64,000 nucleotides of DNA from NCBI GenBank assembly GCA_905178155.1, contig CAJINV010000006.1:1241876-1305875 (forward strand), given 5' to 3'. Below the pieces are notes generated by a model. The model was given only the letters and a program-made list of their open reading frames with translations. It ran no database searches and was not told the origin of the DNA. This stretch comes from Amoebophrya sp. A120 (Eukaryota; Protista; Dinoflagellata). The translations under genes and the position numbers were made by a program. Of this stretch, positions 13,560 through 27,700 are shown piece by piece; position 1 is the stretch's first letter; each line of letters begins with the position of its first letter.

Positions 13560-15768
13560 ACATTAACATGAGCACGAGCATCGTTTATTTTCTTCCACTT
13601 CCACAGCATTAGCATCACATACACATTGTGAATTTCAACTTTCATCAAGAATTTTGTATCGTTATCTCGTCGGCATTCTTCTTGCACTCGGAGGTATTTT
13701 GTAGTCTGCACACATAAAGAATCTCGTCACGGACCAGCAGCAGTGGCTTGAAGAGTCGGGACTGCAGCTGCATTGTACTTCGTCTGTATGTCATTCTGAT
13801 TAATTTCCACTTTGAAAACTTCAACATCTAGTGTTATCTAAGAATCTTATTTCCTTTCACAGCGGTCTCTGACCATCTTCTTTGTTCCAGCTTCTTCCAG
13901 GTACATTTACATTTGTTTTACCTCATTTTCTGTTTTTGCATATGGTTTACTTCTCTCCCATCTGGGAGAGCGTTTAGCATTGTATTATCAAAAATCTTGT
14001 GATAAAAATCTTGCTTCGGCCACTTCCGCAATCCCTCTCGATGTACGATATAGTGTTGGTATTTATTGATGAAAGTCCAAGATTCTTGTATTCCGTCTAT
14101 TTGAAATTGAAAGACTGTTGCAGCTAACGAACCCTGCCTAGGTCGTGTTTTTCTGGTACATTACTTGAGTCAGAAAATTTCTCATCCTGTCTTGTATTTA
14201 TTGGCACTCCTTTTTCTTCGTTGTAACCAAGCTGACATGAAAATTTTATCTTTATGTCGGAAGCAGGGCCCAGCATCATGAAAATATCAAAAACCAGACA
14301 AGGAGTGTTTTATGCAGAGTCCCTCTTATTTTATTCTGTTTCGCTACAGGAGCCGGGTTTGGGTTCATGATTCGCGCGTTGCGACGCTTTCTGTTCCTTT
14401 CACTCGACCTGAAACCACCATTGGTTGTATTATCGTTTTTTATTTCAGAAGATGTCGAGGTCGGCTCTTCATCATGACGTCAGTTTCAGTATACCTGAAG
14501 ATCGGTTTTTGAAGCAGAGTTTGCAGTATATCACATGTCCTCGTCGGTTCCGGTAGACTCCCTTCTCATTCTTATTCTTCTCGTAGTTTTATTTGAGGAT
14601 AGCACTCTCTAAGTATATGTTTTCGGTTATTTTGTCTCTTGTTGACGTATGAAGAAGATGAAGATTAGATTCCAGCAAGACGTTGTCGTGGCTACTAAAG
14701 TTTGCTTGTTGCTGATCATAGTTTAGCTCGAGTAACAAGTTCTGTTCTAGTTCTTCTAGCGTCAAGACTCTAGTTCGGTGTTTTTGAGCGATGGACCTGT
14801 TGCGTTCTCCCAGGTGCAACTGCTCGGTGAGTCGTGTCGTATGACGCTCGGTCTGCTCGTGGTCGTGGCAGACTTCATTCATATGCTGCGTCCCTTTCGT
14901 GGTCGTGGTGAGGAAAGCACTTGCATGGTTCTGATTTTGATTTATTCACGTACCCGATGTAGGTTTCATGTTTTTCTCAAAAGAAGCAGAAACCTGTTCT
15001 TCTTCTTCCAGTGTGAGTTTTTTCCCCGTCAACTTTTATTTCGAAACACGATCGACACTATTTACGTGTATAAACCTGCAATGAGCTTAGTTTTTTTTTC
15101 ATTTTTTTTCCCCATCATTTTCATTACAACAACAACAGCTGCTACTTCTACTAGAGCATCATCTACTAAAAACTTTACAATCCCAAATATGTTCAAATTT
15201 CCTCCTCCTGTCCGACGCCTTGCAACAATTTAGATTTTCGTATGATCATCTTCCCAGCTTTCTACATCGAGAATAATCGCCTCTAGCGGACTTTGTTGTA
15301 TCCACCCAGAACTACCGAAAAAATTTTGTTTCAAAGGCAAGCGAAGAGATCAAAGTCGCTTCCCGCAAAGGACGGCCTCGGTGAAGTGCGGTTCTCTCAT
15401 CTGCGCGAGGTCGAAAAGTTATCGCGGGTAGAGAAAATGAACAAGCAGGAGCTACAGCTTCACGAGCACCATTCCTACGACGATATTGGGCTGCTCGTGC
15501 AGCCTCAGCGCATGATGACGCCGTTGTTCTGGCGCCCTCTTCGCAAAATGACTTCTACAACCGATGTGGTAGTTGAAACCCCGCGCGTCGGGGCGGCGAC
15601 GAAGAAAATGAAAATAAATGTGGGGACGGCCACGGTAAGTAACACGACTCACTATGTTATTTTGCTCCAACAGCATCATGTGTAGTACTGATAATTCGTA
15701 CTGGAAGATGTAATCCGCTCGCACTTCTTGTAGCACTCATTAAAAACATCTGCGAACAACGTCAAAAA

Positions 15769-18700
15769 ATGGTAGAACTCTCTCCGTAGCTTTTTCACTC
15801 CTCAACTTACTACCAGGTGCTTGCCACGGCCCTGCTGCTCGGTTTTTTTTCGCAGCAAGCTGATTTTCCCTTTTGCGTACGAGCCACTTCTGGTTCTGGT
15901 GGCCCATCTTTGTTGGCCGAAGACGGAGCGGCAGGCGGACCAGCGCGCGCCGCTGGTGCACACCGCTCGATTGCCCCAGACGTCGAAGAAGGCCGCATAT
16001 GAGAGTGCACATCACCCCGGGCGAACCTGGCTCACCCCTGCTCGCTCATTCCTTTGTAATGCGAAATATCAACGTTCCCACATGTTGCGTTTCGAAAAAT
16101 GGTTGTGAATTCTCACGAGCGCAAACAGTACTAGATAGAAGCTAATACGTGCCACAGGTTTGTAAAGGTTCACAAGCTGCAGTACTGCATGGTTTTGTAG
16201 TGATGTTGCTGTAGTACTGGAACTAGGTATGCGTCAAGTTGTGAGGGGGAGTAAAGGGACTTATCGAAGCATCTGCACTTTCATACGCAGCCGCGGGGCC
16301 TCCATTGCACAGTTCGGGCCAGGACGACGAGGATGGTGACTTTTCGTCTGAAGATCATGACTCCGAGGTGGCCGCCTTCGTTGCTTGGCACTTCCGGAGC
16401 GTTTCCGGGATGTTAAAAAACGGAAATGCAGCCGCAGGGCGTCGGGGAAACAAGAAGAGGAAGAAGAGGTCCAAGCAGGAGGTACTCGCTGGGGAAGGAG
16501 CGCTTTCGGCAGAACAGAATAGCGGACGAAAAGTGGTGTCCACGAAAAACGACTGGGGAGCATTTTTGCAGGCTGCGGCCGTGTACCATGCGAGCAAACA
16601 GCCTGAATCTGCTAGCCAAGAAGACGGTAAACAACCTCAGCCTGCTAGTCAAGATGAAGCTGATGGAGGCAGCACCACCAGCCAGGACAACAACAGTGAC
16701 GCTCTGCTTGGCGGCTCCAAAAAGTACGAAGATGATGCAACCGCTCCTGCTGCGGCCGCCGCGCAACACGGTGGTGTAAGTGAAGGCGAAGAAGGTTCTG
16801 GACCCGTTCAGGACGAGATAGATTCCGGTTCATCTACTTCGGGGGAAGAACAATTTCTACAGCGCCAAGAGTTCCGGAGCCATCGGTTGGGGACCCCCGG
16901 CGGTTCTCCCGGACATCAGCATACAACCACACCGACCTTGGACCACACGAGGCCCAGCGGGGTCGCAACTACGCCCCATACTGCAACGAGTAAGGCGCCG
17001 CGGGTGCATCTTCATGGAGATATCTCTGGCAAAACTTCAACTGAAGAACCTTGGCGACGAGGCACGAATCAAGCAGATTTTCAACCGGTTCGAGGATCAT
17101 CAGATGGGCGGCCTTCTTACACTAACCGACCTCACCCGTATAACCCGCCGGATAGCCGGCTGAGAGGCCATGCTGCGACCAGCGCTGGTGCTGCGCAGGG
17201 GGCCGGTGTCCGACCGCACACGCAAATCGGGGGCCATGTTGATCAGCCGCACCGACCGGGTGGTGCTGGTGCTGTTCCTCCAGGAGCAAGGCCCCAAGCG
17301 GGACGGCCACTGGTCGGGCCGCAAGGCCAACATCAACACCTGCCGCCCACCTCGTTTCCGTCGCACACGACCTCACCGCCGCAAGGAGCGCATCTTCTAC
17401 CAGCCCCAACAGCAAGTTCCTCCACAGGCCCGGCTGGTGCCCCTGGAAGTCGCTCACCAGTTCAACAAAAACCCGCGGGTGCTGGTAGCAGCTCCGGACT
17501 ACTAGAACCCGCTGGTGGTAAACAGCTTCATCCTGCTCCTCCACCTCAGCAACAGCCTGCTGCTCCACCTCAGCCTCCTGCTCAACCTCGGCCGCCCGCG
17601 CAAATAAAACCTGCTCCGCCTCCTCCTGCCCAACATCTTCCGGGTGCAAATCCTGCTTCTGTTCCTTCTCCTCCGCCGACTTCTCCTCCGCCAGGTCCTC
17701 CTCGTCAGCACGGCCCCCCCTTCATACCACCGACGCCGCATTACGAGGTGATTGGTGTTGTGGAGTTGTCTTTCGTTTCTCGGGGAACTCCGACCGGGAC
17801 GTGGGAGGATGCTGCCATCTTCAGCGAGGAACAGCTGAAGAAGAATGGAGCTCATCTTCAGACTCGCAAAGCAATTGTGGCCCTGAAGCTACCAGGTATT
17901 TTCGACCCACCTATTCCGAGTGGCAAGGTGAAGGTATGGCGTTCTCAGCTGTTACACTCTCAACTGTTACATGATTGAGCTTGTCATGCAAAATTGGCAC
18001 CAAGACCAACATCTACATGATCGAGCTGCCTCGTGCGGCAAGTTGTTCTCAACGCGCTAGACAGCATGATAGAGAAGCTGCCCCAAACCTGCAATGCAAA
18101 AGGCTCAGTCTTCTATCTTTCACTTTTGCCGTTCTTGCATTACAAATCCATTTTAGTAATACAGCTCTGCAGCGAGTGTGACGCTTGAGAACTCCATAGC
18201 AGGGAATGGATTACGTGGTCCTGCAGAGCGACAACAGGGCTGTGTTTTTTCTGGACCAATCAGCTCCGGCGGTCGACTTGCAACAAGGATTGCAAAAGCA
18301 ACTGGGAGCGAAAGCTGATGGCCTTCACGTCGCCCATATGCATGTGAAGCAGGCGGCCTACACGTGGTTTTCCAGTCGCGACGCCAATAAATTTCAGGGA
18401 TTCCCTGTCCTGGATACGCAGAATACCAAAGATGAACTTCCTGCAGCTGCGCCCGAGAGTCAAGAAACCTGCATGCGGAAATGCACGCTGGACGTGCAAG
18501 AGGAGAAGCAAGGATGTGGTTTTCTCAAACGTTACATTCTCAACTGCTACATGATGAATTTGTGAAGCAAGAATGGCAAAAGTGAAAGGAAGAAGAAGAT
18601 TGCGCCTTTTGCATTACAGATTTGGGACGGACTCTAGTGCTATTTAGCGCGTCGAGAAGTTCTTGTCATGCGAAGAAGGCGCTATCGTGGGAAGAGTGAT

Positions 18701-21700
18701 AGTGTTTTTGCATGACAAAAAATCATGGAACTATATGAGAATGTAACGTTTGCGAGCCCCATAAAGGCGCTGGTGCTGGCCCGCCGACACACCACCACTG
18801 CATCGGCTGGGCTTGGTTCGAAGTAACAAGCGGGGGCGCACCTTCCCAGGGCAGATGCCTCATCGTGAGGGAGGGGGAGAACGCGCACGCAGCGCCGCCC
18901 TTCAAGACGTCTGTGGACAACGTTATCAAGGAAGAGATGGAAAAGAAGGGAGGCGACTTGAAAACCTACTGCAAACAGGACCAGGGGACGATGAAAGAGA
19001 CGGACGCCACAACCGATGCGAGCGCGAACGAGGACCACCCAGGCGCTGACCACCTGCAGAAGCAACATTCCACGTGCGGGCGCCATCACTTTGGGGGGAG
19101 CCACTGCTTCTGCGCTCCTGCGGTGGGAAGCCAGCACCAGCGCCCGCAAGAAAAAACAGGACACTACCTGATGAAAGTGTTTTTTGGTGCGCACGACAGC
19201 AAAATTTGCGGCTGGGACGCACAAATTGGCAGCCAGTGTCGGACGGAGGATAACGAACCTGGAACGTGCGTCTTCGATTGCCACAGCAGGACGGCGTTTC
19301 TTGGTCGTTTTTCTCATGATCTGTGCCAATGTGTCGCTCGCCCCCAGGACGCGCAGGCGGCGGGCACGGTGATCGATGAAGACCCGTACAACCAAAAATG
19401 TCACGGGGCAAACGACGGCACCGTTTTTCGTTCTACGCAGAGCGCTCCGAGGACTAGCGGCACACCTTGTGGGTTCGGAACTATGCCTTGCAATAGTACT
19501 ATGATCGCACTAACAAGCGCATGAGAATAGATATCCCACTCCTCAGCATCAGAAATGGAGTTTGTGATGCATGATTGTAATCCTAATTGGCTTCTAACGA
19601 GTGCGATGCTTTTGCAAGGCATAGGCGGTCACAAAGCAGGTCAGTGCGAGGTAAAACCGCCGAAAAACTTATGCCCAGAAAAAGCTGTCTCGGTCTCAAA
19701 TCTTTGCAGCAGTTGTGACTCGGCAATACAAATTTGCTCAGCCTGACTACGGGCAAAACCTGTGATGCGTCAGGCACAAGAGATAATTTTGATTCTTGCA
19801 TATCGAGCATGACAGAACAGAAAAATAATCTCAAGGAGTGTGCTCTGTGTTCCGCATTACAAGTTGAGACTGATTCGGTTTTTTCTCGCGATAAGACTGG
19901 CGCGACCAGTTGTGTGTGAACCTGGTGGACGCAGCGACCCTCGTTGTCAACCCGCTGGCTTATGGAGTTCTCAAACGAAGCACTGCTTGCTGTTACATGA
20001 AGATTTGTCATGCAAAATTACCAGCATCAGGATGTTGGGATCAGCATCGCTCCACACGATCAAGTAGCCAGTAAGCATGCCAAATTCATCTCGAAGGGCC
20101 ACCAAACATGATGGAAATCTGTGGCTGTGCCGAATTTGTAATGCGAGACCTGAGCAGAGAGAAAGCCGCCCTAGCCCCCTTTTCACTTTTGCTAATCTTG
20201 TTGCATCGCAAATTCGTGCTGCGGCAGCTGATAGTGTAACGCTTGAGAACTGCGTCATACGCGGATGACGAAAGGTATGCAATTGGTCTGGAATGCACTA
20301 TCGCAAAAACAGCCCGCTATCGACGAGATAAACAAGGAAACCGCCACGGAACTCATGGCCTTCATGCATGGCGACGGGTCACTGTTGCAGATCAACCCGT
20401 ATGCATTGCAAGAGTATCGTACTGCTCGTACCAATTGCAATTTGTGCATTACAAATCTAGGCGTTAGGTCTACTTTATGTAGTACTTTCACCATGCGCTT
20501 TTCCTTTTCCTTTTGCTTTTCATTGATATAGTACTTCACTGAATAAAGCAGAGCATAGTGATAATCTGTGGTTCAAATTGATGAAAATAAAAGTAGGCAT
20601 CGCGAGATGAACAAGAGGAAAACAAGGAATGACGGAAGACTTGCGGATAAACATGAGGAAAAATCGACATGTTCTTGCCCGTCGTGTGGACGACAGCGCC
20701 TACACGAAGATCATTTAATCATGTTGCACATGAGACTAGAAGATTTGCTACGGCCATATTCATATATCCAGTTTGAGAATTTGAAAATGAAAATTTTCGC
20801 TGCTGAATACTAGGTCCACGTGGAGCAGCAGAAGAAGGAGAAAGAAGGCTGCGACGGTGGACCCAATATTCCGAGAAAAAAACCTCCCTCCCCATATCAA
20901 ACACAGATTACATTAACTAGCAATATGACACATAATGCTCCAATATGACATTTGACGATGACGACATGAAAAAACTCCCAAAACACGAATTATCATATTG
21001 TAATATTGTCATATTGTCATATTGCATATTGCTCGCGACAGCCTGGCGGCTGAAAATTGGTCCTACCCGACACGATGTCGGCCGGGTGTTGTGATTCTAG
21101 GGCCTCTTAGGTGGGTGGCCATGCCTGTGTGGCAAATTTGGGCCGATGAGTTGTACGCACCTCCTCCGCCTCTCTTACCCTTGCCCAGTCTGCTGAACCT
21201 AGAGGGGGCGAGGCGCTCGTGCGCCGCGACTGGCAACACTCTAATCCTTTGGTTCTGTAGGCAGCGCCTGAGCTGTAGCGCCTCCTAGTGCGCTGTGGCT
21301 TTTAGCAGCATCGCCATGCCCGGGTTTCCTGACTGAGCGTCATAGCTTATTGTACTCCGAAACCGCAACGCGCCATGCTAATGACCACACGAAAACACTA
21401 TGACGCAATGACTGCTGAATTTTGAGCAAATGGGCTACCGTACGGAAAATTCGCATGAGAGCGGGCGGCCCGTGGCGAAGTCATTCGGGGCGCGCGTGCT
21501 GTTCGGGGTCGGACGATTGTGCTCGCCCATTGGAGAAGACGAGCGCATGTTGTATGACCACTCTCCTCTACCTGCCCAGCAATAACTCCAAAGCGCCCTG
21601 CTTATCTTTTCGCGATAGTTGCATGCTTTCTTCTGTGTGTATTAATTAATTTACTTTGCATGCGGATTGTAACGGAAAAAATACGCCTTGCGTGTCACTT

Positions 21701-24700
21701 GTTCTGGTCTAGCTCTAGCACTTCTAAGCCCCTAGCCCACGACCGCAGTACTTAGTTTGTTAGAATTTAGTGGCAGCCAGCAAGGCAGTTTTGTCATGGC
21801 TGATGTAAATGATTCTTGTCTCGCATGAAGATGAACCTGAGCGCGAATCCATATAGAATTTCAACGCGGGGCGTTTTGGTTGAATTTGCAGGGCCGGGGA
21901 GGTTTTCCCAAGATAACGCGACTCGTCGTCTCGCTGGCGACCGAACAAAATGGGACAGGAGCGGGCCTTGCAGCGCAAGTAGCGGCGGGCGCTGCCAGGT
22001 ACTTATTCAATTCAATGGCCATAGATATACTGAAGCTTCATTCCCATCGCCTTCGCCATAGCTCTTTCTGCAGATGAACTTGATGAAAATAGTTTTGCTT
22101 TTTTGGTGTAGAACGCTTATTGGGGAGGGGGCTGTGCTCTATGGACCTGCGGATTTTTCATATTCCCTCCACATTTCTCCATCTGGAATGTGCCGCCGTG
22201 CCAGTTGGTTTTTTTATACGGGGGAGCTGAGCACGTAGATGCTGATGTGCTACTTTGCGTCTTTTCATCGTCCGACCTGGAGTTGCAGCACAAAGTCAAC
22301 TATTAAATTAATTTGGCTTCATGAAGATGGCGCGTTTTTATGCAATATAAATAAGCTAAGTCACAGTGCCTATTTTCCAGCTTCCCTCTGGGATTTTAGT
22401 TTTCAGTGTATATTTATAAATAAGCGCGTCTTGTTTATTTCGGCCCGCCAGTACTAGCACTGCGCAAAAGTAGAGTACGTGGCGGAACCCTTCGCGGACG
22501 AACCTGGGTCGTCTTCGTCCCCTTTTGTTCGCTGTGTGTCGTTTTTCACATTTTCTTGCTTTTGGTGTTTGGATCAAACCCCGGCGGTTCTTGTTTAGCT
22601 TAGTGAACCCGAGATCTTTGTCGAAGATAAAAAGGGGCTTCTTCCTTACAACTGGGCTATTCGCACAGACGTGGCGTCTCTGTTCGTTCTGCTCTGCGCT
22701 GGCCACACGTGGCCAGCGCCACCGCCGGCTTCTCCCGGCCCACGTATCTGTGGCTGGTGTCCCCTTGCGGCGCCGCCTACCAATAAAGCCTGATGCAGTC
22801 ATCCAGCGCCGCACCCAAGAAGGATCACCGCCCTGCCGTTGCTTCTCGGGCCAGCAAGGCGGCCGCAGCCGCACAAGCAAATCCTCCACCACCTCTGCCA
22901 AAAAAGAAGCGGCAACCGCCGCGGAAGTTTGACGCGAGTCAAGATCTTGATCTTGGTCTTGGTCGCCAGGACGTCGACGTGGAGCCCTCCTCGGATGACG
23001 AATCCCTTATGGCTCCTGGTCCTGGGCACGGCAACGGCGGGCGCGAATCGGAATCCGTATCAACTGCAAAAATTGCCTGGGTCTGGAAAAGTGCAAAAAC
23101 ATCGTTTGTCATGCGCGTTTTGTATAAACGCATGTGGACTGTGATGGATGCCCTGGCATCACAGATTCCGTGAGATCTTTGCCATGCCTTTTCCGCATGA
23201 GAAACTGCCTCTTGGCTTGCTCAAATAAAGTGGACGGCTTTATTGATAATCATGCAACACTCACAGATCCTTGCATGATTCAGATTTAGCATGACAAGTT
23301 GCACCCTTCCAGACCCAGACACTTTTGTAATCCATAAGCCGACGAGATTGACAATGAGAACAAGGTGCGCATCAATTCACATGGGTCGATACGCGGACAC
23401 GCTGCGGCGAGGGACTCTCAAGAAGATGAGTCTGAGGAGCTGCAGCAGGAGGATGAAGAGATGCCGCAACAGCAGGACTCAGAGGAGGATCTGGGGCACG
23501 AAGAGGGCCTGCAGCAGGAGGGCGAAGACGAGCGGGAGAGCGAGGAGGAGCTGGAGGACGAAGAGGAGCTGGGACAGGTCGTATTTACGAAGGAGGAGGA
23601 CACGTTGCTTGCGAAGCGGTATGTGGAGACGAATCTGGGGTCCTATGAGGAGGCTGTGCGCGACGCAGACCATATGAACTGCAAAAGTATCGCACTCGTA
23701 TAAATGCATAGATATACAAATCTCCTCAGCATGAGAAAAAAAAATTGTAGTCCTAAAGAAAAAGATAAAGATTTGCAATGCATGCTTGCGATACGAGTGC
23801 GATACTTTTGCACAGCATAGGCCAGAGCGTCCTGCTATTTTTGAAAAACAAGCTGCTCAAGTCGTTGCTGAAGTGTCTCTGGCTGGAGTGGAGTATGACC
23901 GCCGCCCTGATTATCACCGTTGGCTGCAGCCTGTGCAGAAAGTGCAAGCAGCACCAGGCGCAACTCGAGCGGGCCGCCCGCCTCCGTATTGAAGACCAGT
24001 GCATCCCTGTTCCCCGCCCCAAAGCCAAGTCGGGGCCCGGAAAGTATCCTGTGCAAAAGTATCGAATTCGTATTGCAGACATGCATTACAAATCCAATCG
24101 TTTATGTAAATCCGCATTACATATTAATTGAGTTCTCATTCTCAATCTCATGCTGAAGAAATTTGTATTACGCATTTATACGAGTGCGATACTTTTGCAG
24201 TTCATAGACAGATGAAATCCGCAAAGGCAAAAGCGGCTCCAGCAACAGGGATTAGACAGCAGGGCAACGCGGGCGAAGGCGAGTGGGCGGATTGCACGAA
24301 GCCAGTTTTCAAAAACGGCGAGTCCGCGAGTATGAACCGGATTCACCAATCAGGTGGTCAGAAGCAGCACACCGGGGGCCAAGGTCATCGGATAGCCGCC
24401 GGGGAGGAAATTGACCAAGCTCCCGTGGTATCAAATGCAAAGATGGCCGGGTGTGGAAGCATGCAACTTGTGATGCTACATCTGGATTCCAAAAAAATCT
24501 GTATTGCATGAGCAGCAGAGGGAGTGTAATTTTTCCTACCCGGAGGGGCCATTTGTCATGCGTTATAGGCATTAAGAAGCCTACTGCCTACAAAAAATGA
24601 AAATCTGTGATGCTAGGGCATGCATCACAGACATCAGGGCTCATGCACGACGTGCGTGACAAATCTTAGAATCATCCAGACCCAGACACTTTTGCATTTG

Positions 24701-27700
24701 ATACTTGAACGGCGACGCAGACCTCGACGCCAACGCAATTCAGCCGTCGATGAAAGAGCTTTGCAAGGAGTACGCAAAGAACCGGGGCCATGGCGGGCGG
24801 GCACAGCTGCAGAACACTTTTACCAACTTGTTTTTCATCGTGCGATACCGGTTGCCAGAGAACATCTTTGCGGGCTTGCTGGAGCTATGCAAGACAACCG
24901 GCGGGTCTGTCTACGCCTCCGGCGGTTTCAACGACTACCTCTGGGTTGCGTTGAAGCAGGGGATTCTCGAGAAAAAGCAAAGGCTGGCGGGAAGAATTAT
25001 GGGGCTCTCAAGCGTTACGCCCCCAGCTGTTACATGATTTGCGATGCAAAATCAGCAGCAGCATCTTCAACGCGATCAAGTTAATTCGCATGACAAATTA
25101 TCGAAGGGCAAGGCATCGTCTAAATCTGTCCAAAATTTGCAATGCGAGAGCTTCAAGTGCGCGCCCCGCACCACTGCTGCTCTTGCATTGCAAATTTATG
25201 TAACAGCTGAGAACGTAACGTTTGAGAAGTCCATAAGAGTTGGCTACTGTTGTTTATCAGCAGACGAAAAAGACGGCTGCATCAGTGTGCGGGTGTCCTT
25301 CATAGCGTCAGGTGAGATGCCGAAGAAAGTGGATATGCATCTCGCCGCTTTGCCGGTCGCAAATAAGTCACCGCACACCGTTTACGGAGTTCTCCGGCAA
25401 ATTCTACAACTGGTGGGGCTGGACTACGGTGATAATTGTTGTCTTCAATTTGACGGCGCGAGGGAGCTTGGCGGCACGTGCGCCATGACGCTGGACTTCG
25501 CCAACGTGGGGAAGGAAACAGCAGCACTCGCACGGGATGCAGCGCTCCCAAAAAACCATCAGTACGCATTCGACGACGGAATTGATGCCTTGGTGGCAGG
25601 CAACGAAAGGGCGCAGCGGGAGGAGCTTGCGGCGGGGCTTCACGAGGAAAAACGCGGGGTCTCGGGCGGCAAGGTGCTAGATCTGCTGGACGCCTTGTGC
25701 TCTGAGAACGCAGAGTTGAAGCAGGAAGTATTGGCAGTTGCACCCCTTCCATCGGGTGCGAAAAAAACGAATCTCCTGAAGATGTTGCTGAAGGACTACG
25801 AGAATCAGATCTTCGTCCTCTTGTGTGGTGCGCACGACGCTAGTGCGTCGCTGAAAAAAGCCTGGGCATGAATTGCAAAAGAATCGCAGCAGCTGCAATT
25901 GCATTACAAATTTCCTCAGCATGATGAAACGCGGACTCTGTAATGCGGATTGACTTGAAGTTGAAGAGGAGGATCTCTGTGCAGCGCAAGCATGACTGCA
26001 ATTGATACGAGCTGTGCGATATTTTTGCACAGGATACGTGCTCGCTGCTGAAAATTTTACCCTCCCGGGCGCACGGGCCGGGGAATGCCCGTCCCTGGAC
26101 ACCATTTGCCGCGTAATGAACAGCTTCTACTACATATCCTATTTAAAAACGTCCCCGCCCTATAGTTGTCATGCAGATTTGCATCTACAGAAAAATCTGT
26201 GATACACATCCGCGAGAGAGGAATTTGTAGTCGTGTTCTGGGATTTGTAATGCTATGAATGAATAAATAAACAGGATGAGCAGACGCCTCTGTGATGCGG
26301 CTGTCCTTGCCAAACAGCACTACACTACAGATGATAACCTGGCACGCATACCTCCCAAAGCTGGGAGACTTGTATTGCAGATTTACCAACTTGACTACGG
26401 TGCGGGGACGTTTTTACTCAGGATACTACAGCCTGCAGTCGTCGCACAAGTTGAAGACGGAGCTGAGTGCCTTCGTTGCCACGACACAGGACGCAGCGGT
26501 GCGGTCGACGGGATCACTGCACGCGATTCACTCTCGATGGAATTTCCACCGGGTTGTGCTGACTTTCCTGGTGCAGCACCACGCAGCACTGACGGAGTTT
26601 GTCTTCCTTCAGATCAAGAAGCTCGGACATGCGTCTTATTTTGGCGAGGGACCGAATATCGCGATCATCCAGCGGGCGCTCGGGGTAGTGCCGCTGGAGC
26701 CTCCTCCCCCGAAAGCCAAGGCGGCCGGTGCACCTTCAAAAGCAAAAGCGGCGGCGGTGGGACCCAGCAAGGGCAAGGGGCAAGGGAAAGGCGCCGCTAC
26801 GAACGGCGGGCGGGTAGCACCGTCAAAGCAGGCTGCCGCGGAGACGTGGTGTGAGAGGGCAAGTTTGCTTATTTATGGGTTGCAAATATGTCTGGGTCTG
26901 GAAGAGCCAGACCTGTGATGCTGCATGTGGATGCTACAGAAGTCTATCTGTATTGCATGAACAGCAAGAAGAGTCAAATTTGGCTACGCGGAGAGCGGAT
27001 TTGTCATGAATGCAGGGTGCGCAACGGTAGGCGCTCAAAAAATGTGTGATGCTAGGGCATATGTCACAGACATCATGGAAAATGTGCATGACAAACTTCT
27101 CCTCTTCAAGACCCAGACATTTTTGCACTCGGTATTATTTATCCTGTGCAAAAGTGTCGCATTTGTATAATTAAATGCAAGCTCTGCATTACAAATATTT
27201 TTCCTAAGGTAAACGAGCATGACAAATTTCATTTTTCATGCTGAGAAAATTTGCAATGCATTTACTTATGCGAGTGCGATACTTTTGCAGTTCATATTAC
27301 TTCGTGGCCGACAATTTTGATGGCAGCTGCGACGGCGGATTTGTGTACCACAGTCGACGCTTCGATCTTCAAGCCGTTCCAGTGTTTGGGCCAGGAGCCG
27401 AAGTTCGGGGAGCTGGAAACAATCTGCTGCCAGGCACAGCTGAATCTCGTCGCAACCCTGGAGTCGATTGACGCCCAGCTTGATGCGCTTCGCCTGGACG
27501 AGGCCGAGCGGGAGGTCGCTGCAATTAAGAAAGCGAGGCAGGAGAACAGAGCGGAAATGGCGGAGAAGCTGAAGATATGGACTGCAAACAGGTCTGGGGC
27601 TGGAAGGTTGCAACCCGCAACCGCAGCAAGGCTGTCTTTGGATTCCAAAAAAAATTAACTATATTGCATGACCAGCAACTGCAACAGCAGTCCAGTTTAT

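Noticed and set aside
13600-15700. AT-rich minus-strand ORF fragments (14589-14882)
   Set aside because: Stop-riddled with no recognisable motif; possibly decayed sequence.
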